This document shows positions 1-17,290 of a DNA stretch of 64,000 nt, piece after piece. This DNA is from the human T2T-CHM13v2.0 reference genome, Homo sapiens. The stretch is taken from NCBI RefSeq assembly GCF_009914755.1, contig NC_060928.1. One strand, written 5' to 3'. Positions within the stretch are counted from its first letter, which is position 1. Each line of letters begins with the position of its first letter. The notes beneath the pieces are model-generated. The model was not told where the DNA came from and did not search any database. It was given only the letters and a program-made list of their open reading frames with translations. The position numbers and the translations under genes are program-made.

Positions 1-724
1 CACAGATTTTTTCTCAGAGCAATGGTTGTGATGCTAGATGAGGTTGGTTTTAATGAGCCAATTTTGGGCTGCTTGACTCCTCTACTCTTCATAGGAGTAA
101 TTCACCTACAGTCTTTACATATATCCCTGCTGACACTTTAAAACAATGTGCTTGTTTTCTTTTAAGCACAGTACACAAAATCAAGCTCAGTAGAAGCTCC
201 ATCCACACAGAGACCAAGACCATATTTCAAAAGCTAAAAATAGAAGAATCTTTTAAAATATATATTATAAAACACAAAGCATTAATTCTGGCTGTGTCTA
301 GGATACTCATTAAACATCAGGAACAATGTTAGCTATTTATTGTTATCATCACCAGAGATTTCTGCACCTTGATTTTAACTTACTTTGGTGATATGGCTAT
401 TAGCAATATTCTTTTTAGGTGTGGCAATTCCCAGGCTTGTGTTGAACAAATCCTAGTCATGTTTCTTGGTATTGGGAAGATAATATCTTTGCTCTAGATG
501 AACACATAACCAAGGGAAATAATATTTTCTAACAAAAACTGTAGCTGTCAGTTTTATTAACACATTGACTAGCACAGCAGAATTTCTAATAAACACAGTT
601 GATGTAAGGTGGCTTTTTAGCAGCTTTAATCCAAACTGAGGCCAAGACAATTCACAGGCACCCTAAACTCATGAGGAAGCCAATTGTTTTCCCTTCTTTG
701 AAATAAAATTGAGAAGCTTGAAAT

Positions 725-895
725 ACATAGTTTAAGAGCACATACTGAAGTCAGCTATACTTTGCCAGTTATTAACTATTATTTAACCCTATGTGATCTT
801 CAATTTTCGTGCCTCTACTGTAGGGATAATAACGAGCAGGTGGAGATGATTCCCATGGGATAGCACACAGCCTGGCACATAATAAACGTATAGTA
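725..895 (+). mobile_element. MIR (ancient SINE) fragment
   Basis: Diverged MIR-like motifs 'tagttaagagcac', 'ctgtagggataataa', 'gcacacagcctggcacataataaac'. Confidence 0.6.
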
Positions 896-1579
896 GAGGT
901 AAACTTTGTTGATGCTAAACTATTTTTTCTTAACTTTTGCCAAGAGCATGAAGAGTTCCTCCAATTTCACCAAAACTGAACAATATTTCTAGACTCTTAG
1001 CCTAAATTCAATAACACAATAATGAGTGGGTGTTCAAAACATTCACCCCACCTTACACTCTGTGAGTGCAAAATAGAATCATCAGCATTTTAAGGCTCCT
1101 GTTTACCCATTTTCTGTACCCTAGACTGAAATTCACTTCAGGTGGAGTTACTGAACAGCAACCAAACTGGGACTGTTCTGCCTACATAATTTTACTGCAT
1201 ATTTTAGTTCTTATAAGCTGTGCTATGTAAATTAATTAATTAATGATATATAAATAATTTACATATGATAGCTTGTAAGAACTAGACTATGCATAAATAT
1301 ATGCATGCACACACATACACATTGGTGATAGTAGGACTGAGGTTCTGTGACTTCACGGTGAAAGTCTTTGTATTAAATTACCTGTCTTTTAAACTAACAT
1401 GTCTCCTAAATAGGCAATTCCTATCATCAAATTTTATTTTCTTTCTTTATGATTGTAGTTCACCCATCGCTAATTCCCTATTTTTCCTGGTTCTCATTAA
1501 CTTCTTCCTTTATATCTTTTTGATTATCAGTCGTATGAGGACTGTGCTCCACAAAATGTTTTAAATAGTAACAGGTTTA

Positions 1580-1790
1580 TATTTATTTACTCACTGAGCA
1601 AACATTAAGAAGGCATGCACTGTGTGCAAAAAACTGAGCTAAGGATGGGCAAATATACAAGGATAAACAAGATAAAGTTACTGTCCTTCGGGACCTCACA
1701 CTTAGTAGAGAAAATAGCAAAGTACTCACATTAAAAAATACTGAAAGACAGATTCTGGTAAGTTCCATAACACTGTCATCTCATTGGCTT
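1580..1790 (-). mobile_element. L2 3' fragment
   Basis: Antisense L2 3'-end pattern 'tttatttactcactgagcaaacatt...gtccttcgggacctcacacttag'. Confidence 0.5.
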
Positions 1791-1819
1791 ATGGTATCAG
1801 ATTTCAGTTTCCAGCCTTG

Positions 1820-2145
1820 CCTTTTCTAATGTACACCTTGTCATGGAGTCATAATGATCTTAAAAATGCAAATTAGATCATTGCTTACCTTGAAGCCCAT
1901 CAAAGGCTTCCATTGCTATCAAGACAAACTTCAAACACCACAGAATGATGTTCAATGCTTTTCATGATTTGATCTCAGTTTAGCTCTCCAGTCTCCCATT
2001 TTTTTCCTCATCGATCTCAAACCTCATCCCACTTTCTACTTACTTGTGTCTACCACAGAAACAATATCCTGTTTATTGCTCCATCCTTAGCACCTAGCTG
2101 TGCCTGGCTCACTGAAGCCAACTGATAACTATTTTAATTAAGGAG
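1820..2145 (+). mobile_element. L2 3' fragment
   Basis: 'gatcttaaaaatgcaaattagatcat...aaaggcttccattgc' and 'cttagcacctagctgtgcctggctcact' resemble the L2 3' end. Confidence 0.55.
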
Positions 2146-2270
2146 GGAAATCATGAATCTTTATTTGAAAATATTGAATTCAAAGTTTTGGCATAATATT
2201 TAGACCAATATATTCAAAAGTTAACTACAAATGTTGAGTTGATGCTTCAGATAGAAAATGTGACTCATTT

Positions 2271-2332
2271 TATATATATATATATAATTATATGTATTAT
2301 ATATATAATATTATATATATTATAATATATAT
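2271..2332. repeat. Imperfect (TA)n / AT-rich simple repeat
   Basis: Directly visible TATATA/TAATAT run. Confidence 0.9.
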
Positions 2333-4201
2333 GTTATTTGCAAACACATGCTCCTTTAAAGCATAGCAACAAGCCAGAAACCAATAAGAGAGTTTAAAAT
2401 AGTGCTAGATGTTGAGTTACATACATTTACACACCTTTCTTTATTCTAGGACTTGGAAAGACTCTAGCATGCTATGGTGAATCCTCAAGAAGAGGTTATA
2501 ATTTGCATATATTTTTAAAATGTATTTGATCAAAGAACACTTTTCTCACTGAATATCACTGATTTATATATGTTTAGAGAGGAAACAAAAAGAGAGGATA
2601 AGGGAAACATAGTAACAAAGGTACAAAGGAAAACTGGTAAGTGAAGCATCATGAAAATAAAAGAATCAAGAATAAAATGGTGTTCAATAAATCAAGTAAT
2701 ATTGGAATATCAAAAAGGATTTGACTAGTATAAATATTTCTAACAAAACAAAATATAACCAGTTTAGAAAATGGGTTGGAATGGAACAGAATGGGAAAAG
2801 GGTAGTGAGTAAGAGATGCAGGCACACAATAAAACAGTGTCATAGAGGGTAATCCTTTGTGGAACTTTAAAACAGCTATCCAGAATTGTCCTAATGCTAT
2901 GAAAAGGTGAAACCACCACTTTGACCTTCCAACTATATGAAGCACAACAAACTAGGCCAAGAACTCTACAGTCTTAATTCAATTCATTCAGTATGTGTAG
3001 ACAAAACCCAAAATAGAACCTGGATAATGTTCGCGTGTGTTGGAATTTTATAATTGATGTGCCATAGTCCCCAAATTGAGCTTATTTATTTATTTTTGAC
3101 AGCCTAATTCATTAAAGCAAACACATTGACTGTTTAACATTCCAGAATCATTTGCTGAGGGACACATAACAAATATGGCCCCAGAGGGACTACTGACTGC
3201 CAACATACCTGTGCTTATTTTACATTCGCCATCCATTCACCCCACTTTCATTCCATTTTACAGATCATTTCTCTGTCTTACTTCACTTTTCCCTTTGGAA
3301 TCAGGTTTTCGATGAGTCTCATTTTCTGCTTATTTTCCACCCTCCTTTTTCTTCCCTTCTCCCTGACCAACAAATGCTATATAACAGACAGACTCATTCA
3401 TCTCTAGAACCTTATCTGGGGGAGCATATGTTTCTTTTCTTTGAGGTCAGATGAACTATTCCTTATATGCAACAAAAAGAAAAAATATGCATTGGCAGCA
3501 AATTCTCCTATGGTTGACCATCATTTCTGTCCACTATGTTAAGCCAATTTCACATGCTTAAACATGCCTTTTGTCATCAACAACAAAAGCAAAAGGCAGC
3601 TGAACTCTGGTTAATAAATCATTTTCTGTGGCAGAAAGACTGCTTGGGAAATATGATGCCAGACATTCAAGACTATTCCCTACAGAGTGTTAGTCATGGG
3701 TTCACCCAATTTTCTCATGATTAAAACTGTTTTAACAAAAGACATTTTAAAGAACACAAAGAGTAATTAAATTTAAAAACAAACTCAATAAGTAGTTGAG
3801 GTCGACTTCATATTTGCAGAGTGATTTATTGGATAAATCATATTTCTACAGAGAAGAATAAGTAATAGGAAGATGTTATAGAGATATTTCAAGAAGATAA
3901 AAATAATAAGAAATGTTATAATTTCTATGTGAGCTTGTATATTTTTAAGTCATTTAACCTATTTGAGCTTCCATTTTTATTAATTTAAATTAAATGCATT
4001 CATTCACTATTAACAGGGTATCCGAAAGTACATCATAAAGAATTTACCGTAAAAGACAGAATACCTAAGCATAAGAAAAAACTTGAAATCCTGACATGCT
4101 GACAAAAAAATAAAAATAAAAGAAAATGAAGAAAAGAAAAGAGAAAGAGAGAGAAACCTCTGGAAGCAACAATATGTTCAGCTGAAATGGACATATATTT
4201 G

Positions 4202-4202
<1 letters not shown>

Positions 4203-4233
<31 letters not shown>
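4203..4233. repeat. (AC)15 microsatellite
   Basis: Pure AC dinucleotide run, directly visible. Confidence 0.97.
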
Positions 4234-4235
<2 letters not shown>

Positions 4236-5204
4236 GTTACAATGACTGAGTGTTATGGCAAAACCTTCTTAAAGGTCAAGTTTTAGTAAGACTAGCTATA
4301 ATTATCAATCAAATATTTGAAACGATAGCATAAACAGGACTAATTATTCACATTCTTGCATTTAATATTATTATACCATTAAAAATGTGCTGCAATGTAC
4401 ACTCATTCATATTAGGTAGTACATTCATTCAATTCAGGTAGAACATTTTCAGGTCAGGTGATAGGTTTAGACATTCATCTTCAAGTGGTCTGGGATGAAT
4501 TTTTCTGGCCTATGATCTTTTCCTCCCACCCAGCTGCTATATGACTTTTAGAGCTTGAACATGCTTCCAAACGCTGAGCAAAGGGGAGTAAAAGCTTTTA
4601 AATACACAGGTGCCACTGCAGGCAAAATCCCCGGTTGCCATGCTTACTGATGAATGTGGGGGAGAAACTAACAGCCCTGGCCAGATAACATAGTCATTTC
4701 CAATGACATCTAAAAATGACATTGTTTCCCAATCAGATGAGTAACACTGCAAAATAACATTGTCCATATGGGCACGTTAGAGGAAAACTAGGCTGAATGG
4801 TTTTTAAGGAGATACAGCAAGCTGTGCTTTGAGAGGAATTGTCCATAGCCAGTAGAGACAAGTAGCAAATCTCTGGCTATTATATAGCTTGCTATAGTCC
4901 CTCTAACAACATACTCTATTTATATAAATGCTTTGGCCTTAAAATAACTGGGTTCTTAATTTAGCTGAATGTACTTATAATAACCGTAACCCTTATATGC
5001 CAGTTAGTGTGCAAAATATTAAACATTCATTATGTCTCTTTTACATGAGAACATTGAGCTGATAGAACAAATTCTTCAGCATATCCCTTGTTATTATGTT
5101 TTATTAGCTTTTTTAAATAGAAAAAACACAACTGTGAGACAACTTCTGTCTAAATTTGAGGCTAGTTCTATTCCATACATCTAATACTATCTCTGCCATC
5201 TTTA

Positions 5205-5399
5205 TAAGTTAATATTTATCAAACACATACTATTCTACAGGCATTATTCTAAATACCTTATTCATTTAATGTTTTAAAAAATCCTGAAATGTTACCACCT
5301 TCAACTTACAGATGAGGAAACTGAGGGGCAAAGGGATTATTTACCAGAAATTTTTCACGTGGTAACAGACACAGGTGGAATTTGTAACCTGGCTTCTGA
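5205..5399 (-). mobile_element. MIR
   Basis: MIR core 'ttacagatgaggaaactgagg' and 'ggaatttgtaacctgg'. Confidence 0.75.
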
Positions 5400-5648
5400 A
5401 TATTTTTACTTACTTTATTTTTTGTTTGTTTGTTTGTTTTTATTATTATACTTTAAGTTTTAGGGTACATGTGCACAACGTGCCATTAGTTACATATGTA
5501 TACATGTGCCATGTTGGTGTGCTGCACCCAGTAACTTCTCATTTAACATGAGGTATATCTCCAAACTCTATCCCTACCCCCACCCCCCAACCCACAACAG
5601 GCCCCAGTGTGTGATGCACCACTTCCTATGTCCATGTGTTCTCATTGT

Positions 5649-9676
<4,028 letters not shown>

Positions 9677-9739
9677 TCTGATGTTAGCTGGTTATTTTGC
9701 TCGTTAGTTGATGCAGTTTCTTCCTAGCCTCGATCGTCT

Positions 9740-10626
9740 TTACATTTTGGCATGTTTTTGCAGTGGCTGGTACTGGTTGTTCCTTTCCATGTTTAGTGCT
9801 TCCTTCAGGAGTTCTTGTAGGGCAGGCCTGGTGGTGACAAAATCTCTCAGCATTTGCTTGTTTGCAAAGGATTTTATTTCTCCTTCACTTATGATGCTTG
9901 GTTTGGCTGGATATGAAATTCTGGGTTGAATATTCTTTTCTTTAAGAATGTTGATTATTGTCCCCCACTCTCTTCTGGCTTATAGAGTTTCTGCCGAGAG
10001 ATCTGCTGTTAATCTGATGGGCTTCCCTTTGTGGGTAACCCCACCTTTCTCTCTGGCTGCCCTTAACATTTTTTCCTTCATTTCAACTTTGGTGAATCTG
10101 ACAATTATGTGTCTTGGAGTTGCTCTTCTCGAGGAGTATCTTTGTGGCATTCTCTGTATTTCCTGAATTTGAATGTTGGCCTGCCTTGCTAGACTGGGGA
10201 AGTTCTCCTGGATAATATCCTGCAGAGTGTTTTCCAACTTGGTTCCATTCTCCCTGTCACTTTCAGGTACACCAATTGGATGTAGATATGGTCTTTGCAC
10301 ATAGTCCCATATTTCTTGGAGGCTTTGTTCGTTTCTTTTTATTCTTTTTTCTCTAAACTTCTCTTCTCACTTCATTTCATTCATTTGATCTTCCATCACT
10401 GATACCCTTTCTTCCAGTTGATTGAATCGGCTACTGAGGCTTGTGCATTCATCGCATAGTTCTCGTGCCTTGGTTTTCAGCTCCATCAGGTCCTTTAAGG
10501 ACTTGTCTGCATTGGTTATTCTAGTTAGCCATTCGTCAGATTTTTTTTCAAGATTTTTAACTTCTTTGCCATGGGTTCAAACTTCCTCCTTTAGCATGGA
10601 GTAGTTTGATCATCTGAAGCCTTCTT
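9740..10626 (-). pseudogene. Disrupted, N-terminally truncated L1 ORF1 remnant
   Basis: ORF 9980-10300 'GVPESD..NGTKLENTLQDIIQENF...RHIIVRF' is L1 ORF1p. Confidence 0.92.
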
Positions 10627-10922
10627 TGCCTCTTCTAGCTAACTATAAAAAGTATTTATTGTTTTTAAAATGTTGCACATCTTTAATAAAATAATGTTGG
10701 TTAAAGGAGTTTTTTATTTTGAAAAGTACTCTGTAAATGGCAGTCATTTATTCACCTATCCATTCATGCATTTATTTATTTATTTATTTATTGCTTTATT
10801 CTACTAAAGAATGAAGTCATCTAAATCAGTAGAACACTGATTACCAAACCTCTGTATTGTTTCAGATGCTATAGTGACTTCTCACTTCTCATCTAGAAGC
10901 AAAGGATGAGTAATATTTATGA

Positions 10923-11273
<351 letters not shown>

Positions 11274-11479
11274 CTAATTCAAATTTGGTTTTACATGTGC
11301 AAGTTTTGTTCTGGTCACTTTTTAAGTTATGTTTCAGTGAGAAATAATCAGATTGAAACTTGCAAATATTTATCAATAAGATGGTCAGTTTATATAGTGC
11401 TTTAACTTGGCAGCACCTGCTTCAATTTCTCCTAACTTCCTGAAAAAGCTTGGAAAAGAAATACGTCATTCGTATTTCT

Positions 11480-11705
11480 GTTCAAGTAACATTCCTTAAC
11501 GAAGCCTTCCTGACCTTCCTGTGAGAAATGATGGTCTTTCCTCTTTCTCCCCATGTTAAGGTACTTTCCAACTTGGCCTTATTTTCTTTAAAACATGTAT
11601 ATCAATGGGAAATCATCATTTTTGTGTATGTATTATTTACCTTCTTTCCAACAAGGTCTGGCACATGGTGGATGTCCAATAAATATTAGCAGAATGAAGG
11701 GTAAA
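11480..11705 (+). mobile_element. L2 3' fragment
   Basis: 'gaagccttcctgacc' and 'tctggcacatggtggatgtccaataaatattagcagaatgaa'. Confidence 0.55.
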
Positions 11706-12074
11706 TAGAAACTCTTATGTGCCATGATGAATATAAGGACATGTCCTTCACTTTGTCAAGAACAACTGAGGCAAATCAACAACCAGCATCATATTTAAAG
11801 TAAAAGTGTATATGCACATAAAATACTATATAGAGTACCTAATTATAACTTTAGAAAGGAAAAAATCAAAATAATTATTTATAGAAGTCTTGAAGAGATT
11901 ACACCTATGTGTTAGCAGTGTAATCTTTAAGAAATATTTATAGATTTGCTCTTTTGTTTGTCTATTTTTAATTACTCTTTTATATTCTATATTGTCTACA
12001 ATAAATTTCTGTTAGTTTTCCATATCCATGTGAGGGTACAGAATATCTACTGACAGAAAAAAACATTTGGTTAG

Positions 12075-12477
12075 TGTTATAGACTGAAAGTTTGTGGCCC
12101 CTTAAAATTGTTGAAGCACTAAAACTCAGTGTGGCTATATTTGGAGATGGGGTCTGTAAGGAAGTAATTAAGTCAAATGAAGTCATATGTGTGTACCCTG
12201 ATCCAATGAATTAGTGTTCTTATAAGACAAGACACTAGAAATCTCCTCTCTGTCTGTCTCTCTCTCTCTCTCTCTCTCAGCATATACCAAGGAAAGGCCA
12301 TGTGAGCACCCAGTGAGACTGTAGTTGCCTACGAGCCAAGAGAAGAAGCCTCAGAATGAAACAGGCCTTACTGGCACCTTGATCCTGGACTCCCTCAGAG
12401 CTGCAAGAAAGTGAATTTCTGTTGCTAAAGCCTCCCAGCCTGGTATTTTGTTATAGCAGTCTAAGCTAATTTAGACC
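12075..12477 (+). mobile_element. MaLR solo LTR, MLT1A1-like
   Basis: Starts 'tgttatagactgaa'; contains 'ggaaaggccatgtgag' and 'ctggcaccttgatcctggact'; ends 'tggtattttgttatagcag'. Confidence 0.8.
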
Positions 12478-12729
12478 ACTGGTAAAATAGACAGGAGAAG
12501 CAAATCAAGTCATGATAAAGTTGTTTGCTCTCAAGCTATATACTGACTGTAAGGACAAAAGCCATATAATCCTTTGACTTTCTATAATATTAAAATCAGA
12601 AAATCCAAGTAAGTTTTTAATTAAATGTACTTAATATTAAGTGCATGTCTTTGTATACATACCAGATCACATGCGGGTATGAAATAAAAATCTCTATTTT
12701 TAGATGTACAAATGAACATCTTATACTGG

Positions 12730-13120
12730 GCACATAAAACTCTTCTGGACCTAGTAACTCCAAAAACCTACTCAAAAGAAGTATTAAAATATTGCTGTTT
12801 AAAGATGTTCAATGCAACATCATTTATAATAACAATGTCTAAATAAAGTAATAATTCAAGGTATATTATTACAATAGAGGGATACAAGTAATAAACATCA
12901 CATTTTAAAGACTAAAATCACTGATAACATAAAATTGAGTGAAAACAAATAAATAAGAAAGACTATATTGCAGGATTTTAATTTTCTTAAAAAATTGTCT
13001 ATATTATAGATATGCATTTGGGAAAAGCAGCATAATAGTAATCTTTGAGATAAGAAGTCATTAATATTTATATTTTGTTTTTATACTCTTCATAATTTCA
13101 AAATCTCCCACAATTAGCAT
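12730..13120 (+). mobile_element. Old L1 (L1ME-like) 3' fragment
   Basis: 'aaagatgttcaatgcaacatcatttataataac' and 'ataaaattgagtgaaaacaa' resemble the L1ME 3'UTR. Confidence 0.45.
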
Positions 13121-13494
13121 CATCAGACAAAAAAACTATAGATTATTTTTTGAAGTACAGCACTGCCTCTTACCATAATCCTGAGAAACTTGGAGACACA
13201 GTCAATGTCAAGGAATATAAAAAAAAAGCATGTAACAGGAACATATAGGGAAATATCTAAGTTATTATGATTAAGGAGCACAACATTGATATAAAAAGAT
13301 AGAAGAGAATAAGTTTGATACATTCAGCTATCCAGTAAAATGTTCCATTGTTTCTTTCCATGAGACAAAACCTAAGAATTAACAGTAATCCCTTTCCACC
13401 AATTTAGCACCAATTTTAATCCCCAATTATGTATCAAATTTAATTTCTTTTCCTCTTTAGTTTTGCTCCTATCTATACTTTCCTTTGTTCAGTA

Positions 13495-14080
13495 CAGCTC
13501 TACACTGAAGCCAGAATAATTATTTTTCAAAAAATAATCTTATCTCAGCCCCTACCTCTAATCTCAAACTTTTAGTTATTCTCCACTGATTGTGTAATAA
13601 AGGCAAGCTTTCTTCTAAGCCCCGCATGATCGAACCCTGTCTGCTTCTTGTATAGCACTCTTTGTGATCCGATTTTCATGGCCTTGTTTTAGTTGCTCAA
13701 AGGTACCATGGGCCCTTCATACACAGAGATTTGAAGATACTCTCGCCTGCCCACTGTGTGAATCAGTCTTCAAATTTTGGCTCACTGGTTACGTCACCAA
13801 AACTTGCCATGACTGATTAATAAGTAGTGTTCCCTTATTAGAAGCACTTTTAATATCATGTGTCTCTCCTTCGCAGCAATTAGCTTGTAACAATGCATGT
13901 ATCTGAATGATTATTTTATAAATATGGCTCTTCTTTGAATTCTAAGTTCAAGAAGCTCCATGAACTCAGGACATTACCTACATTCACTTATTATTGTACC
14001 CTCAGACTCAACAAAATGTCTAGCAGGTGATTAATTAACAAAATATCTAGTAGGTGATTAATAAATATTTATTGAATACA
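13495..14080 (+). mobile_element. L2 3' fragment
   Basis: 'ctacactgaagccagaataat', 'aagctccatgaactcagg' and tail 'aataaatatttattgaat'. Confidence 0.65.
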
Positions 14081-14399
14081 CATCTTCAGATTATTTAAAA
14101 ACCTGTCAATCAGAAAGAGAAGCATTGAAGCACCCATTAGAAAGATGAACAAAATATATCGACAGAAAAAAAACAATAAAATTGATTGATAAATATATAA
14201 AAATATAGTCTTTCAAATCACATATACAATAGATATAATGTGTATATGCAAAAACTAAGAAACTTCTATTCATACCTCAGTGTTAACAGTGGCATTTCCA
14301 GGTGTTGCTGTTACAGATCTTTTTATTTTCTTTCATTTACTTTTCCATATTTTCTCATGTGATTATGATGAACTTCTATTAATGTTGTTTTTTTTTAAA

Positions 14400-14918
14400 T
14401 TACTTTTGACTGCAAGGTGAAAAAAATGATTCAAACTAACTTAAACCATAAGGATATTTATCATCTCACATAACAAGACGCTCAGAAATAAGGAAGTTTC
14501 CTAGGCTGATAGATTCATTAACTCAGTGTTGTCATCAAGAACCGAGGTTTTTAAAATTCCTCTGTGTCATCTTTCATCTGTCGGCTTTTCCTTACTTTGG
14601 CCCTCAGGGTCCAGGGTTGACAGCATCAAGTGAATCATTGTCCTTCTTTTTCACATCTTTTGAAAGAGATGGAGAAACCTCTCCCCCAATCATGGACTAT
14701 AATTGGGCAAACTTAGCTCAAATGCCCACTTCTGCACCAGTAACATCACCAGGGCAATGCCATGCATTTATTGGTTTAGATAAATCAGGCTCTGGTGGCT
14801 CAGTCAGTTTCCTCTCAGTTACACTGGGAACACATGTTTACATGAACAAAATTTGAGTTCTGTAACAGAAAAGAAAGGTGAGAAATAGATACCAGATAGG
14901 CAACTAATAAGATCTGCA
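14400..14918 (-). mobile_element. Old MaLR LTR (MLT1K/L/N-like)
   Basis: 'ctgcaagg...tcaaactaacttaaac...tctcacataac', 'gtcatcaagaacc' and terminus 'aaatttgagttctg...taggcaactaa'. Confidence 0.6.
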
Positions 14919-15036
14919 TTACGCTTTATTGACATACATAAAAATGTTTAAAAAATAAAACAGAGAAGCAGGCAAAACATGGTCAAATAACTCTAAGCAC
15001 AGAAATAATGTCTTATGCACATTTCAACTTTTCATA

Positions 15037-15091
15037 ATTTACATATTAAGGGAATACATCATTTACATATTAAGGGAATACATATTAAGGG
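15037..15091. repeat. Short tandem duplication (24-bp unit x2 plus partial third)
   Basis: ATTTACATATTAAGGGAATACAT at 15037 and 15061, then TACATATTAAGGG again. Confidence 0.9.
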
Positions 15092-17039
15092 TAAATTTTA
15101 TCTCAGTCCCAATGATAAATATCAACTTTTTGTCTTCCTAGATTAACACACTCATCCTGGGTAAAGAAAAAAAATTACATTTTAAAGTATACTGTTCTGC
15201 TCTGTATGCTAAACATTTAATTCAGCCCAGATATCTATGCAGATCTACAAAAAATAAAAAATAAAGTGGAATGCTGAAAGAAGCATCCAGTTGGTTCAAT
15301 AGCATGGTGCAAATAACCTAGTTAAATGCACCCAACCTACTTTCACAGCTGCACATGATAAAATTGAGGCTTCTGCAAAGATTGTAAACTTGTGTCCACT
15401 TGTTTCTAGTACACAAAGGACAGATTTTCTGACTTGATAAAATTAATACAATGGACAAGTAGCAGCATCTCTAGCATATTCATATTGCAGCTACCCATTA
15501 AATCCTCAGGAATTAGGCTTTTAGAGGGCAACGGAAGTCCAAGAAGTGTACTTTGGAATTCTAGTGTACTATAAAATTATGGATTTCCTTCATATTTAGT
15601 GACATAGATTCCTAAAATATAGATCAGGTTGAAAGACAGACATACAAATAGTTCTTTTTTATAAAATTTGCATAGTTGCTTGTGTGGGTAGTTTAATTAT
15701 TTGCACAATATAATAGTTCTGAATATCTTGTCACTGAAAATTTTGATAGCTAATATGAATAGTTTCCACCTTTTACATTTATATATTGCAATTACATGAA
15801 GGAATACTGTTCTCAAGTATAACTGAGATTCTAGTTGGATCAACATACCTTGGATTTTCTTATAACTGCTGTAGGAAGAAAGAAATATTACTTTTGACCC
15901 TCTTCTCAGGAGTTTCTCCATGTAAACTTTGATTCTCAACAGATTTCTCAAGGAAACTGTAAATTACAACAAATCCCTAGCTTTGGATATGCTCTCAGGG
16001 CATCTAACCCCCTCAAGGTCCTTGAAGTTGCAGATAGACACATTCAGACACTGTTTCTACTTCAAGCTTCAGCAGTAAGCAGGAGGAAAGATGTGTTCAT
16101 TTGTGAGGACACATAGTTCAACAGGGATTTTACTTCTTGGGTATCATTTGAACAGTGGTATTTACTTGCTCAAGCCAATCCGATTGGCAGAGTAGGGAGC
16201 CAGCGTCCATGTGCCACTTCTTAGGTTGCCCTGAAAAGATTCTCTCCACATAGGAGTTATTGCATGAGGAATGAAAAGAAAAATAAAAACTTTGTTTGAT
16301 CTTTGTTTTGGAGTGAACTGACTTTCTATTCATATTACAAAAGCATAAGTAAACATGGAAAACTACAAATATATATATATCCATCATATCCACATAATTT
16401 TAATAAATCCAGGCAAAGAATAAATAGATCCTGTCAAGTTGTAGGAATTTGTCTTTGTATATTATATATGATGTATTAATGAACAGTTTTATAAATATTC
16501 TGATGAAGGAGTTACTATAGTATATGACATATTTTAGGCATAAGATTATTGTCAGTAAAGTGACTATTTGTCATTCCCTAATATGATTTCAGTCCTTTTC
16601 AAATAGTTCCTGTTGTCCTTATAAAGTCATAAGTCAAAGTACAGTTAAGAATAGAAATGTTAAGTCATGAAATGAATTGATCCAAAAATATTAATCGATG
16701 GTGTTACAGTGCCTAATTTAAAATAAGCAGTATTTCTTACAAAGCAGGATTCTATGGAGAATCAAAGGGAGCTTACAATATGAGTCCCCTTTCAAAGAAT
16801 TGAATATGTCACTGTTAGTAGACAAGGCACTCATAAATGAATTATAACATAAATGAATTATAGTGAGTAGTGATGATTTTCAGTATTTTGTTACACGCAA
16901 AATAACTGATTCCAAGTGTAGATATAGAAATTTACAATGTGGGAAAGATTGGAAAATTTTTTTCTGAAAGAGGTAGAATTATAGAGGTCTAACAGCTATG
17001 ATAACAGATTATTAGGAACATACTACAACCTCTAATATA

Positions 17040-17290
17040 GAACATATAGCCACCCAGAATAAAAGATTACATTTCCCAGCCTACCTTCCTGCAAGATGTG
17101 GTCATATGACTAAGTTTTGGCCAATCAAATGTAAGATGAACTTGAAAATTATAGAACTTCTATGAAGGTTGCTTCATAAGACATAATTTTTCTGGAAGAG
17201 AAACCCTTTTTCCTTTTGCTTTCTCCCTCTGTGGGCCTGAAATTTAAATATTATGACACTAAGATGGCCATCATTCTACGAACAGAAACA
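17040..17290 (+). mobile_element. ERVL-type LTR fragment (LTR33/LTR16-like)
   Basis: 'tacatttcccagcctaccttcctgc...tgtggtcatatgactaagttttggccaat'. Confidence 0.6.
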
